Of a DNA stretch of 64,000 nt, positions 50,608 to 60,211 are shown in pieces. Below the pieces are notes generated by a model, which was given only the letters and a program-made list of their open reading frames with translations, ran no database searches and had not been told where the DNA came from. The first letter of the stretch is position 1; each line of letters starts with the position of its first letter. The stretch is taken from NCBI RefSeq assembly GCF_028369095.1, contig NZ_JAQNDN010000024.1:89350-153349 (forward strand). The letters run 5' to 3'. This DNA is from Nannocystis radixulma. GTDB lineage: Bacteria; Myxococcota_A; Polyangia; Nannocystales; Nannocystaceae. A program made the translations under genes and the position numbers.

Positions 50608-52716
50608 ATGGTCGCGGCGATCGCGGTCGGGCTCGCCGCTTGCGAGGATGCGGCGCCACCGCGGCGCGACTGCACGATGACGGTGTGGGCGCAGCCGCTG
50701 CGGGCCGGGGCGTCGCTCGAGATCGTGGGCTCGTGGAACGCGTGGTACGTGCCCGGAGTGCCGCTGCGGACCAGCGCCGAGGACCCGCAGTGGCAGGTGG
50801 CGCAGCTCGAGCTGCCGCCCGGCGAATACGGCTACCTGATCGTCGAGGACGGGGTCGATCGCGTCGACGAGCACAACCCGCTAACGACGTTCTGGCGCGA
50901 GCAGGAGGACCTCGAGGTGTCGCTGCTGCGGATCGCCGATTGTGCGCAGCCGGAGCTGGTGGTCGACGCGGTCGAGGCGACGCCGGCGGGGACGTGGTCG
51001 GCGTCGGCGCGGCTGCTGGCGGGCGCCGACGGCTCGCCGCTGCTGCGCGCGGAGGGCCGTGCGAGCGACGGGACGGTGGTGCCGGCGGTGATCGATCCGG
51101 CGAGCGGGTCGATCACGGTCGAGCGCGCGGGGCTGCCTCGCGGCAAGCACTCGCTCGAGCTGGTGGCGGTCGATCGCGCCGGTCGCGAGGCGCGGGCGCG
51201 GGCGGTCGGATGGGTCGAGCCGGCGGCGGCCCGGCCGCAGGAGGGCGTGCTCGTGCAGGTGATGATCGATCGCTTCCGCGGGCCCGGCGGGGCGACGCTG
51301 GCGCCGCCGGCGAGCCCGGGCGGGCGCGCGGGCGGGACGCTCGACGGGATCGAGGCGGAGCTCGAGTCGATCGTGGCGCTCGGGGCGACGGCGCTGTGGT
51401 TGTCGCCGGTGTACGTGAACCCGACCGAGGCCCGTGAGGGCCGCGGCGACGGGCACCTCTACGAGGGCTATCACGGTTACTGGCCGCTCGAGTCGCGCGC
51501 GGTCGATCCGCGGATCGGCGGGGAGGCGGCGCTGCGCTCGCTGGTGGCGGCGGCGCACGCCCGGGGAATCCGGGTGCTGCTCGACCTGGTGCCCAACCAC
51601 GTGTACGAGGCCAACGAGCGCTACATGACGCACGCGTCGGATGACCTGTGGAACAGGTCCGATCCGACATGTGTGTGCGGGCTCGGGAGCTGCGACTGGG
51701 GGCGCTACATCCAGACGTGCTGGTTCACGCCGTACCTGCCGGACCTGCGGCTCGAGCGGCCGGAGGCGCTGCGCTGGGCCTACGAGGACGCGGTGTGGTG
51801 GATGGAAGAATTCGACGTCGACGGGATGCGGATCGACGCGGTGCCGATGATGCCGCGGGCGGCGACGCGCCGGATCGCGGCGGAGGTGCGCGAGCGGCTG
51901 GCGCCGCGCGAGGCGAGCTTCTTCGTCGGCGAGGTGTTCACGGGGCCGGGGGCGGGCGGGATCGAGGTGATCCGTTACTACCTCGGTCCGGAAGGGCTCG
52001 ACAGCGTGTTCGACTTCCCGCTGATGTGGGCGCTGCGCGACGCGGTGGCCCACGAGTCGGCGGGGTTCGAGGCGGTCGAGACGTCGCTGCTCGCGGTCGA
52101 GGCCAAGACGGCCGGCAGCGGCGGGACGCTGGCGCGGATGATCGGGAACCATGACACGACGCGGTTCTTGTCGGAGGCTGCCGGCGGGACGGCACCTGAC
52201 CCTTGGGCCAGCCCGGAGCCGCAGCCGGTCGCGACGGAGCCGTACGAGCGCCAGGCGCTGGCGCTCGGGCTGGTGCTGACGCTGCCGGGGCTGCCGGTGA
52301 TCTACTACGGCGACGAGGTCGGACTGGCCGGCGGCAACGACCCCGACTGCCGGCGGGTGATGCCGGCGGCCGACGCGTTGATGGCGCCGCAAGCGAAGTT
52401 GCTGGCGACGACGCGCCGGCTCGGGCAGCTGCGCCGCTGCTCGCCGGCGCTGCTGCGCGGCGAACGGCGGGCGCTGGTGGCCGAGGGCGAGGCGTACGCG
52501 TTCGAGCGGGCGACGCCGGAGGGGCAGCGCGCGCTGGTGCTGGCGTGGCGCGCAGGGCAGGCGGGGACGATCGCGCTCGAGGACATGTCCTTCGCGCCAG
52601 GTCCGTACGTGGACGCGCTGACGGAGGAGCAGATCGAGGTGACGCCGGGCGCGGAGGTGGCGATGGCGCCGCGCTCGCTGCGGGTGCTGATGCCGGCCGG
52701 CGACCCGTGCCTGTGA
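50608..52716 (+). CDS. GH13 alpha-amylase-family lipoprotein with N-terminal CBM48/E-set-like domain
   Basis: MVAAIAVGLAAC lipobox. YHGYWP, GMRIDAVPMMP, NHDTTRF motifs. Confidence 0.85.
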   Translation: MVAAIAVGLAACEDAAPPRRDCTMTVWAQPLRAGASLEIVGSWNAWYVPGVPLRTSAEDPQWQVAQLELPPGEYGYLIVEDGVDRVDEHNPLTTFWREQEDLEVSLLRIADCAQPELVVDAVEATPAGTWSASARLLAGADGSPLLRAEGRASDGTVVPAVIDPASGSITVERAGLPRGKHSLELVAVDRAGREARARAVGWVEPAAARPQEGVLVQVMIDRFRGPGGATLAPPASPGGRAGGTLDGIEAELESIVALGATALWLSPVYVNPTEAREGRGDGHLYEGYHGYWPLESRAVDPRIGGEAALRSLVAAAHARGIRVLLDLVPNHVYEANERYMTHASDDLWNRSDPTCVCGLGSCDWGRYIQTCWFTPYLPDLRLERPEALRWAYEDAVWWMEEFDVDGMRIDAVPMMPRAATRRIAAEVRERLAPREASFFVGEVFTGPGAGGIEVIRYYLGPEGLDSVFDFPLMWALRDAVAHESAGFEAVETSLLAVEAKTAGSGGTLARMIGNHDTTRFLSEAAGGTAPDPWASPEPQPVATEPYERQALALGLVLTLPGLPVIYYGDEVGLAGGNDPDCRRVMPAADALMAPQAKLLATTRRLGQLRRCSPALLRGERRALVAEGEAYAFERATPEGQRALVLAWRAGQAGTIALEDMSFAPGPYVDALTEEQIEVTPGAEVAMAPRSLRVLMPAGDPCL

Positions 52717-52989
52717 GGAGCTGTCTCTCGGGACATGTCATGGTGACTTGGAGGACATGTCCTCCGGGGCATGCCGATGGCGATGAGGATGTGCTGTTCA
52801 CCTGGTCGACTGCGCGCGGGGCGAATTTGCGCGCGAAAATCGAGGCGATCGGACGCGACGGAAAGGGCGTAATGGCGGCTGGGGCTGGCGACGGGGCAGG
52901 AATGCTCGCCATCGCGCGAAGTGGCCTCTTGCCTGGAAATGAAACGCGTTCTAGATGTGTAGAACGCGTTTCACAGAGGACGAATCTCC

Positions 52990-54372
52990 GTGCTGCAAGC
53001 CCTGCTCGACCGTGTCTCGCCGCCGCCCATCGACTCGATCCCCACACCGTCGCGGTGGCCGGTGTTCGGCCACCTGCCGATGCTCACGCGCCACGGGCTG
53101 ATGCCGGTGGTCGAGGCGGCGCGGCAGAAGCACGGCGACTTCTTTCGCCTGTGCGTCGGCAAGCACTCGCTGTTCGTGGCGCTGCACCCGGACGCGGTCG
53201 AGCAGATCCTGCTGACGGACAAGGACTCGTACGGCAAGCGCGACACGTACGACTCGATCCGCGTGCTGGTCGGTGACGGGATCCTGACCAGCGAGGGCGA
53301 GCTGTGGCGGCGCGAGCGCCGGATCGCCCAGCCGAGTTTCAATAAAGGCAGCGTGGCGGCGCTGGCGGGCAAGATGACGCGGCTGACGGAGCGGACGCTG
53401 ACGGCGTGGACGCAGCGCTACAAGGTCGGCGACGAGTTCGACGTGTACAAGGAGCTGCTGGCGCTGGCGATGGAGATCATCGGCGAGACGCTCTTCAGCC
53501 TCGACCTGCGCGGGCGCGTGGGTGAATCGGCGGAGGCGTTCACGGTGGCGCTCGAGCAGGTGTCGGGCCGCGGCAACCAGATGCTGCAGCTGCCGCTGCA
53601 CTGGCCGACGCCGGGCAACCTGCGCCTGCGCAAGGCGCTGCGGACGCTCGACGAGGTGACGTTCGAGATCATCTCGCGCCGCCGGGCGGCAGGGACGCAC
53701 GGCGACGACCTGCTGGCGGCGTACCTGAACGCGCGCGACGAACAGGGGGCGCCGCTCGACCCACGGCTGGTGCGGGACGAGATCGTGACGTTCTTCCTGG
53801 CGGGCCACGAGACGACGGCGATCGCGCTGGCTTGGACGTTCTATCTGCTGGGGACCCATCCGGAGGTGTGGGACCGCTTGATCGCGGAGGTCGATGCGCT
53901 GGACGGACGGGTGCCGACCGCCGAGGACGTGCAGACGACGCTGATGTACACGAAGGCGGTGCTGCAAGAGTCGCTGCGGCTGTACCCGCCGACCTGGAGC
54001 GGAGGGCGCGACATCGTGGCCGAGACCGAACTCGCCGGCCACCGGGTCCACCCGGGCGATCGCGTGCTGTACGTGCCGTTCTTGATGCACCGCGACCCGC
54101 GCTTCTGGGACGAACCCGAGCGCTTCGAACCCGCGCGCTTTCTGCCAGGTCAGGCGCAAGGTCGGCACAAGCTGGCCTACATCCCGTTCAGCGCCGGTCC
54201 GCGAATGTGCATCGGCAATCATTTCACGCTGCTCGAAGGGACGCTGGTGCTGGCGATGATCGCCCAGCGCTTCCGCCTGTCGCTGAGCCCGCAGGCCCGG
54301 ATCGCGCAGGAATTCCAGATCACGATGCGGCCCCGCCACGGGGTCCTCGTTCGCGTCGAAGCGAAGCGTTGA
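52990..54372 (+). CDS. Cytochrome P450
   Basis: FFLAGHETTA, ESLRLYPP, heme loop FSAGPRMCIGNHF. Confidence 0.9.
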   Translation: MLQALLDRVSPPPIDSIPTPSRWPVFGHLPMLTRHGLMPVVEAARQKHGDFFRLCVGKHSLFVALHPDAVEQILLTDKDSYGKRDTYDSIRVLVGDGILTSEGELWRRERRIAQPSFNKGSVAALAGKMTRLTERTLTAWTQRYKVGDEFDVYKELLALAMEIIGETLFSLDLRGRVGESAEAFTVALEQVSGRGNQMLQLPLHWPTPGNLRLRKALRTLDEVTFEIISRRRAAGTHGDDLLAAYLNARDEQGAPLDPRLVRDEIVTFFLAGHETTAIALAWTFYLLGTHPEVWDRLIAEVDALDGRVPTAEDVQTTLMYTKAVLQESLRLYPPTWSGGRDIVAETELAGHRVHPGDRVLYVPFLMHRDPRFWDEPERFEPARFLPGQAQGRHKLAYIPFSAGPRMCIGNHFTLLEGTLVLAMIAQRFRLSLSPQARIAQEFQITMRPRHGVLVRVEAKR

Positions 54373-54405
54373 CGCGTGCCCCCGAGCCGCATACACCGGG
54401 GAGAC

Positions 54406-55167
54406 ATGACGGCTGCCCCGATCCCCGGCGAGCTCACCCTCGTCGACGACCGCGCCCGCCGAATCCTCGACGCGGCAGTCCGACTCGCCGAGTCCGGCGG
54501 GTTCTCGGCCGTGCGCCTGCGCGATGTGGCCCAGGCGTCCGGCGTGGCCCTGGGCACGGTCTACAAGCGCTTCCGCAGCAAGGAAGACCTGCTGGTCGGA
54601 GTGCTGTCGCTCGAGCTGGTGGCGCTGCGCGAGCGCTTCGGCGATGCACCACTCCCCGGCGCGACCCGCCTCGACCGCCTGATCGAGTGCTTCGCAGCGC
54701 TGACCGAGACGCTGTGCGCACGACCGCATCTGGGACGCGCGGTGATCCGCTCGGCGGCGACGGGAGAGAACGCGCTGGCCGAACGACTGCACCGCTTCCA
54801 CAGCGCGCTGATGGAGCTGATCGTGGGGGCGATCCGCGGCCGCGACGAGGGACCGGTGACGGCGACGGAGCTCGAGATGCTGGCTGTCCTGCAGGATGTA
54901 TGGTTCTCTCGCCTGGTCGGCTGGACGGCGGAACTGCACGGGCCGGAGACGGTGGTGGAGCAGGTGGCTCGGGCGGCTCGGTTGCTTTACGGGGCGATCG
55001 AGGGGGCAGGCTCGTCCGGGGAGATTCGCTCGGGGGGATCTGAGTCCGAGGAGATTCGCTCGTCCGGAGGGGCTGAGTCCGGAGAGCTTCGCTCGTCCGG
55101 AGGCGCGGGGGCTGAGTCCGGAGAGCTTCGCTCGTCCGGAGGCGCGGGGCATGGAAGAACTGGGTGA
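54406..55167 (+). CDS. TetR-family regulator with ~60-aa C-terminal tandem-repeat tail (SGEIRSGGSES / SGELRSSGGAG x4)
   Basis: ATG at 54406 preceded by GGGGAG. HTH ..FSAVRLRDVAQASGVALGTVYKRFRSKEDLL. The stop TGA lies inside the MITE-like element. Confidence 0.8.
   Translation: MTAAPIPGELTLVDDRARRILDAAVRLAESGGFSAVRLRDVAQASGVALGTVYKRFRSKEDLLVGVLSLELVALRERFGDAPLPGATRLDRLIECFAALTETLCARPHLGRAVIRSAATGENALAERLHRFHSALMELIVGAIRGRDEGPVTATELEMLAVLQDVWFSRLVGWTAELHGPETVVEQVARAARLLYGAIEGAGSSGEIRSGGSESEEIRSSGGAESGELRSSGGAGAESGELRSSGGAGHGRTG
55010..55150. repeat. Tandem ~33-bp minisatellite (gctgagtccggagagcttcgctcgtccggaggcgcggg, 2 perfect plus 2 degenerate copies) forming the TetR C-terminal tail
   Basis: Read directly. 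Confidence 0.8.
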
Positions 55168-55400
55168 CGGCGGGCACGGAGCGGCGGACTTGGGTCCCTC
55201 GCTCGGCGGGCCCCTACCGGTTCACGTGCTCGGCGCTGTCTCTTTGGACAGGATGGTCTTGAGGACAGGTTCGTCGAGTCGGCACAGGACGGGCGCCTGC
55301 GCGCGCTGAACCGCGTCTCCGTCCCACCGGCGTCCCAAATCCGCCGCTCCGTGCCCGCCTCTCGACGATCGTCGCGGGCCCCGCTCGTGGCGGGGCGGGG
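55153..55400. mobile_element. MITE-like ~250-bp element copy A with ~26-bp terminal inverted repeats GGCGGGCACGGAGCGGCGGA(C/T)TTGGG
   Basis: About 90% identical to 59745-60005. Left inverted repeat 55169-55194. Right inverted repeat ends 55359 (ccgccgctccgtgcccgcc). Contains GGACAGG motifs internally. Confidence 0.65.
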
Positions 55401-55528
55401 CGTGCGCCGTTGCTCGTTTGCGAGGCGCTGTTTCTTGGGACAGGGTGGTCTTGGGGACAGGTTGATGGCGTGGGTGGATTGGCTGTGCTGCGAGCTCGAT
55501 CGAACGCGGGGCGAGCGCGTTCGCGGGG

Positions 55529-56140
55529 TCATCGTCGGCGCCGGCGCAGCGCCAGGGCCAGCGACGCCAGGAGCATCAGCGCGGGCGTGCCGTCTTCGCT
55601 GGCGCGGCAGCCGTCGCAGCCGAGGGGCTTCGTCGGCGTGCCGCCGCTGCTCGCCGCCGAGTCGCCGGAGCTCGAGCTGGCGCCGCTCGAACCGCCGCTC
55701 GCGGTCGAGTCGCCGGAGCCGGAGCCCGTGACGGAGCTGCTGCCGGCGGTGTCGCTGGTCGTCGCGCTCTCCGAGACGCACAGCTTGAACATCTTGCACG
55801 TCCCCTTGGCGCAGGTGCCCCCCTCGCCGCACTCGCCGACGATGTCGTCGAGGAGGTCGCCGCCAGCGCTGGTCGTGAGGCCGCCGCCGCACTCGAAGGA
55901 CTGGGCGCACTTCTCGACCGCCTGGCACACCTTGCCTTCGGGACAGGTCGGGTCGTTGCTGCAATCCTGCGGGCTGCAGAACGGGCCGCTGTGACAGGCG
56001 TTCGGGGTCGCGCCGTCGGGGCAGCTCTCCGGCTCGACGACGACGTCGGCCCGGGCGAGGCCGCTCGTCGCGGCGAGGAGCGCGAGCAGGGCCGCCGCAC
56101 ACCACTTGCCCGCGAAGCGATAAGATGGAGCGATAAGCAT
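55529..56140 (-). CDS. Secreted Cys-rich protein with C-terminal MYXO-CTERM sorting domain
   Basis: Signal peptide. 20 Cys. Ser/Gly linker. Terminal ...GCDGCRASEDGTPALMLLASLALALRRRRR. Confidence 0.75.
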   Translation of the reverse strand: MLIAPSYRFAGKWCAAALLALLAATSGLARADVVVEPESCPDGATPNACHSGPFCSPQDCSNDPTCPEGKVCQAVEKCAQSFECGGGLTTSAGGDLLDDIVGECGEGGTCAKGTCKMFKLCVSESATTSDTAGSSSVTGSGSGDSTASGGSSGASSSSGDSAASSGGTPTKPLGCDGCRASEDGTPALMLLASLALALRRRRR

Positions 56141-56193
56141 CGTTCGATGCTACACGTCGCCGGCGGGGGCAGCAACGGCGGCTGCGCGGGCGG

Positions 56194-56853
56194 GTGCTCG
56201 CAGGCTATCATCGCACCGTGCATGTCGGCCGGCACCGCGTCCTGAGCGTCGTCCTGGCGGCGGCGCTGCCCGGCTGCGGCGAGCCGGTGAAGGCGGGCGC
56301 GGATCGGCCCCCGAGCCCGACGGCGGGCTGCCCCGAGAGCACTGTCGCCGATCCGTCGCGCGCTGCGACGTTGCTCGCCGGCGTGACGAACACCCGATCC
56401 GGGGCCCGCGCGCTGGCGCGGCTGGGGCTGCGCGACTACAGGATCTGCTTCGGCGGCCGGGAGCTCGGCAGCGTGCGTGCCGGAGGCGTGCTGGTGCTCG
56501 ATCGATCGGCGCCCGTGCAGGTCAGCGTGGCGCGTGTCGTGCACCTGCTCGAGCATGTGGCCGACGGCCTCGACCGCTTCCCCGCGCCGGGTGTCCCATG
56601 CTCGCAGCAGCTCGACGCGGTGATCGCCGGCGAGGCGCGAGCGATCGTGGCCGAGATCGAGGCGCGGGAGGAACTGGGCGTCGAGGCCGGCGGGCTGGCA
56701 GAGGTCGCCGAGCAACTCCGCGGCCTCGCTGCCGACGAGCGCCTCGCGCTGGTCGAGCGCCAGCTCCGCGCGGCCGAACCGCAACACTCGCCAGAGCTCG
56801 CCGAGCTGATGCGCAGCTACGCCGCGCGGTGCGAGCGGGCCGCGAGTCCGTGA
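56194..56853 (+). CDS. Hypothetical lipoprotein
   Basis: ...VLSVVLAAALPGCGEP lipobox. Start (GTG or ATG) uncertain. Confidence 0.45.
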   Translation: MLAGYHRTVHVGRHRVLSVVLAAALPGCGEPVKAGADRPPSPTAGCPESTVADPSRAATLLAGVTNTRSGARALARLGLRDYRICFGGRELGSVRAGGVLVLDRSAPVQVSVARVVHLLEHVADGLDRFPAPGVPCSQQLDAVIAGEARAIVAEIEAREELGVEAGGLAEVAEQLRGLAADERLALVERQLRAAEPQHSPELAELMRSYAARCERAASP

Positions 56854-56920
56854 ATCTCCGGCGACGCGGGCGCACGTCGATGCATGCGAGCTCCGCCGGC
56901 GGAGACGTGGAGAATATGAT

Positions 56921-57010
56921 TGTCTAGACATGTCTCATTGGGCATGCGCAGACGGCAAGGTCATGAGGCGCCCCGGGCGATCAGACATGTCGTCACAGAC
57001 ATGTCCGAAT
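56921..57010. repeat. GGACA-family array (AGACATGTCTC..GGCATGCGC..AGACATGTCGTCACAGACATGTCC) in a convergent intergenic region
   Basis: Read directly. Confidence 0.75.
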
Positions 57011-57026
57011 GAACATTCCCCTTTGG

Positions 57027-57632
57027 TCAGCCGGCGCGTGAGTCGGCGACCTCGGCCAGGGCGCACAGGGCCGAGTCGCAGTGTTGGCTGGCGATCGGGC
57101 TGCAGCCGTCGGGGAGGGCGTCGACGCGGGTGATCTGGGCCTGCTGGGCGGGGGAGCGCAGGAGGTAGACGAGGCCCTGGCGGGTGACGTAGTAGGTCTC
57201 GCGGGCGCGGGTCCAGAAGCCGGACAGGGAGCGCGGGGCGGTGTTGGCGGGCGGGGCGACGTCGATCATGACGAAGTCGTCGCCGTGGACGAGCGGCTCG
57301 ACGAGCGCCGGCGGGCTGACAGGGGTGAGGCGCTCGGGCGACGGGCGGCCGACGGCGACGAAGTGGCGCTCGTCGCGGAAGTCGGCGGGGGCGTAGAGCT
57401 TGGTGTGATGGTGGGTGATCAGGCGGAACAGCCCGGCGAACACGACGAACGGGAACACGACCACGAATCCGAGCAGGACGTCGCGCTGCCCGGGGGTGAG
57501 GTGGGCGACGGCGAGGCTGCCGAACATGTTGGCGACGCCGTACGAGAACACGAGGCACAGCGCGAGCAAGCCGAGCGGGCCGCGGGCCAGGACGGCGGCC
57601 GTACGCCCGAATCGTGCCGGATCGACGGTCAT
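57027..57632 (-). CDS. Hypothetical membrane protein (2 TM)
   Basis: Hydrophobic segments LGLLALCLVFSYGVANMF and LLGFVVVFPFVVFAGLF. Protein-like composition. Confidence 0.4.
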   Translation of the reverse strand: MTVDPARFGRTAAVLARGPLGLLALCLVFSYGVANMFGSLAVAHLTPGQRDVLLGFVVVFPFVVFAGLFRLITHHHTKLYAPADFRDERHFVAVGRPSPERLTPVSPPALVEPLVHGDDFVMIDVAPPANTAPRSLSGFWTRARETYYVTRQGLVYLLRSPAQQAQITRVDALPDGCSPIASQHCDSALCALAEVADSRAG

Positions 57633-57725
57633 GTCGAGGCGAAACTATCACGGAGGCGCCGTTACCGCCAAACTGCAAGTTTGGTGATCTGAATTACGAA
57701 AAGGGCATTGCTGCCGTGCGTGCGA

Positions 57726-57811
57726 CGTGACCCTTGGGACAGGTCCGTACGCGTTCGCCCGGGAACATGGGGAGCTTCGCCGTGTGGACCTGGCCATCAG
57801 GACATGTTCAT
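57726..57811. repeat. GGACA-family array (GGGACAGGTCC ... GGACATGTTCATGGGGACATGG) upstream of the membrane-protein gene
   Basis: Read directly. Confidence 0.75.
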
Positions 57812-58695
57812 GGGGACATGGTGCTGCGGGCGGCGGCGACGAGGAAGTCGACGACGGCGCGGACGCGCGGGGCGAGCAGGCGGCTCTGCGGGAACACGAG
57901 CTGGATCGGCAGGCCGGGCTCCTCGGGGGTGTCGGCGAAGAGCTGGCGCAGGGCGCCGCGCTTGAGGTCGGCGGCGATCGTGACGTCGGGCAGCCAGGCG
58001 ATGCCCATGCCGGCGAGCACGAGCTGGCGCAGGGCCTCGTTGCTGTCGCTGGCGACGGGGCCCTGCGGGGTGAGGTGGCCGCCGCCGGGCAGCTCCCAGG
58101 CGACGCGCCGGCCGGCGCGGAGGATGGCGAGCAGGCGGTGACCCGCGAGGGCCTCGGGGGTGCGCGGGACGCCGTGGGCCTTGAGGTAGGTCGGGGTGGC
58201 GCAGAAGCAGCGGCGCAGGCGACCGAGCCGCCGCTGGACCAGCCGGCCGTCGCCCTCGCCGCCGACGCGCAGGGCGAGGTCGAATTGCTCGGCGTGCAGG
58301 TCGACGAAGCGGTCGGCGAGCTCGAGCGCGACGGCGATCTGCGGGTGCGCGCGGTGAAGGGCAGGCAGGCGCGGGACGAGCCAGGCGTGGCCGAGCTCGA
58401 CCGGGGCGCTCATGCGGACCTGCCCGCGCGGGCCAGTGGCGCGGGCGGCCTCCTCGCAGGCGTCGGTGATGTCGTCGAATGCCCGCTGCACCCGCGCGAA
58501 CAGGGCCTCGCCCTCGGGAGTCGGCTGCAGACCCTGGCCGCTGCGCACGACCAGCGGTACGCCGAGCTTCTGCTCGAGCCGCGCGACCTGCTTGCTGAAG
58601 GCCGAGGGGGTGGTGCCGGCCTCGCGCGCGGCGGCGCTGAAGCTGCCCGCCCGCACGCTGCGGACGAACGCGTGGAGTTGCGGCGACAGGTCCAC
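57808..58695 (-). CDS. LysR-family transcriptional regulator
   Basis: N-terminal HTH (LHAFVRSVRAGSFSAAAREAGTTPSAFSKQVARLEQKLGVPLVVR) plus LysR substrate-binding domain. Confidence 0.9.
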   Translation of the reverse strand: MDLSPQLHAFVRSVRAGSFSAAAREAGTTPSAFSKQVARLEQKLGVPLVVRSGQGLQPTPEGEALFARVQRAFDDITDACEEAARATGPRGQVRMSAPVELGHAWLVPRLPALHRAHPQIAVALELADRFVDLHAEQFDLALRVGGEGDGRLVQRRLGRLRRCFCATPTYLKAHGVPRTPEALAGHRLLAILRAGRRVAWELPGGGHLTPQGPVASDSNEALRQLVLAGMGIAWLPDVTIAADLKRGALRQLFADTPEEPGLPIQLVFPQSRLLAPRVRAVVDFLVAAARSTMSP

Positions 58696-58787
58696 GGGGT
58701 TTGCCTTTCAGGCACAGGCGATGTGCCAGCAATCACACTACCATGCTGCGCAGGAACACACCATGCTCACGGCACAGGAGCAGCGAG

Positions 58788-59705
58788 ATGAAGCGTGCAT
58801 TCGTGACAGGTGTTTCCGGTTATATCGGCGGCTCGGTGGCGCGACGGCTGGTGCAGGACGGCTACGAGGTGATGGGCCTGGTCCGCGATCCGGCGAGCGC
58901 GGCGCGCGTGGAGGCGACGGGGGTGCGCCCGGTGATCGGCGGGCTCGACGATACGGAGCTGCTGGGGCGGCTGGCCGCCGAGGCCGACGTGGTGGTCAAC
59001 GCCGCCGACTCGGACCACCGCCCGGCGATCGAGGCGCTGGTCGAGGGGCTGCGCGGGACGGGCAAGACGCTGGTGCACACCAGCGGGTCGTCGATCGTCG
59101 CCGATGTCGGCACAGGCGCGCTGTCGGAGCAGGTGTTCACCGACGACACGCCGTTCACGCCGGTGGCGGCGAAGGCGGCGCGCGTGGCCATCGACCGCTT
59201 CGTCCGCGACGCGGCGAAGCTGGGGATCCGCAGCTTCGTGGTGTGCCCGACGATGATCTACGGCCGTGGCAGTGGCAGCAAGCGCGACTCGATCCAGGTG
59301 CCGATGCTGATCCGCGAGTCGCAGCAGCGCGGCGCCGGGGTGTACATCGGCGAAGGCCGCAACATCTGGTCGAACGTGCACATCGACGACCTCGTCGACC
59401 TGTACACGCTGGTGATCGACAAGGCCGAGCCCGGTAGCTTCTTCTTCGCCGAGAACGGCGAGACGTCGCTGCGCGAGGTGGCGCTGGCGATCGCGCACCT
59501 GCTCGGGTTCGGCGACCGCACGACGTCGTGGCCGCTGGCCGAGGCGATCGCGGCGCTCGGCGCGGAGGCTGCGGCCATGGGCCTGGCGTCCAACAGCCGG
59601 GTGCGAGCGACGCACGCGCGGGCACTCGGCTGGCGTCCGTCGCGGCCGGGGCTGGTCGAGGACATCGAGCGCGGCAGCTATCGCCAGGACTTCGGGCCGG
59701 GGTGA
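58788..59705 (+). CDS. NAD(P)-dependent epimerase/dehydratase (NmrA/SDR-like), divergent from the LysR gene
   Basis: MKRAFVTGVSGYIGGSVARRL Rossmann motif. Confidence 0.85.
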   Translation: MKRAFVTGVSGYIGGSVARRLVQDGYEVMGLVRDPASAARVEATGVRPVIGGLDDTELLGRLAAEADVVVNAADSDHRPAIEALVEGLRGTGKTLVHTSGSSIVADVGTGALSEQVFTDDTPFTPVAAKAARVAIDRFVRDAAKLGIRSFVVCPTMIYGRGSGSKRDSIQVPMLIRESQQRGAGVYIGEGRNIWSNVHIDDLVDLYTLVIDKAEPGSFFFAENGETSLREVALAIAHLLGFGDRTTSWPLAEAIAALGAEAAAMGLASNSRVRATHARALGWRPSRPGLVEDIERGSYRQDFGPG

Positions 59706-59744
59706 ACGCGCGCTTCATGGTGACGGCGAGTCCGAGGGCGCGGG

Positions 59745-60005
59745 GCCCGGAAGAACCGGGTGACGGCGGGCACGGAGCGGCGGATTTGGGCCCCTCGCTC
59801 GGCCTCGCTCGGCGGGCCCCTACCGGTTCACGTGCTCGGCGCCTGTCGCTGCGGACAAGATGCTCTTGAGGACATGTTCATCGCGCGCGCGCAGGACAGG
59901 GCGCCTGCGCGCGCTGAACCGCGTCTGGTGTCCCACCGGCGTCCCAAATCCGCCGCTCCGTGCCCGCCTGCAGCGAGCGTCGCGGGCCCCGCTCGTCGCC
60001 GGGCG
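59745..60005. mobile_element. MITE-like element copy B
   Basis: Aligns end to end with 55153-55400. Has the same terminal inverted repeats plus a 9-bp internal duplication (cctcgctcgg). Confidence 0.65.
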
Positions 60006-60211
60006 GAGGACGCTACGCCGAGCCAGCAGCGGGGCGAGTTCTGTATGATTGATGAGACATGTTCAAAGGGACATGTGGATGGCGTGACTGTGAGGCCTGG
60101 CCGGTCGGGGCCGGCGAGGAGCGTCGTCCGCGGCCCGAGGTCGGCGTGCGCGGGTCGGAGGCGGCCGGGCGCTTGACCGCGAGCCGGCCGAGGCGCCATC
60201 CTCGGGGCCGC

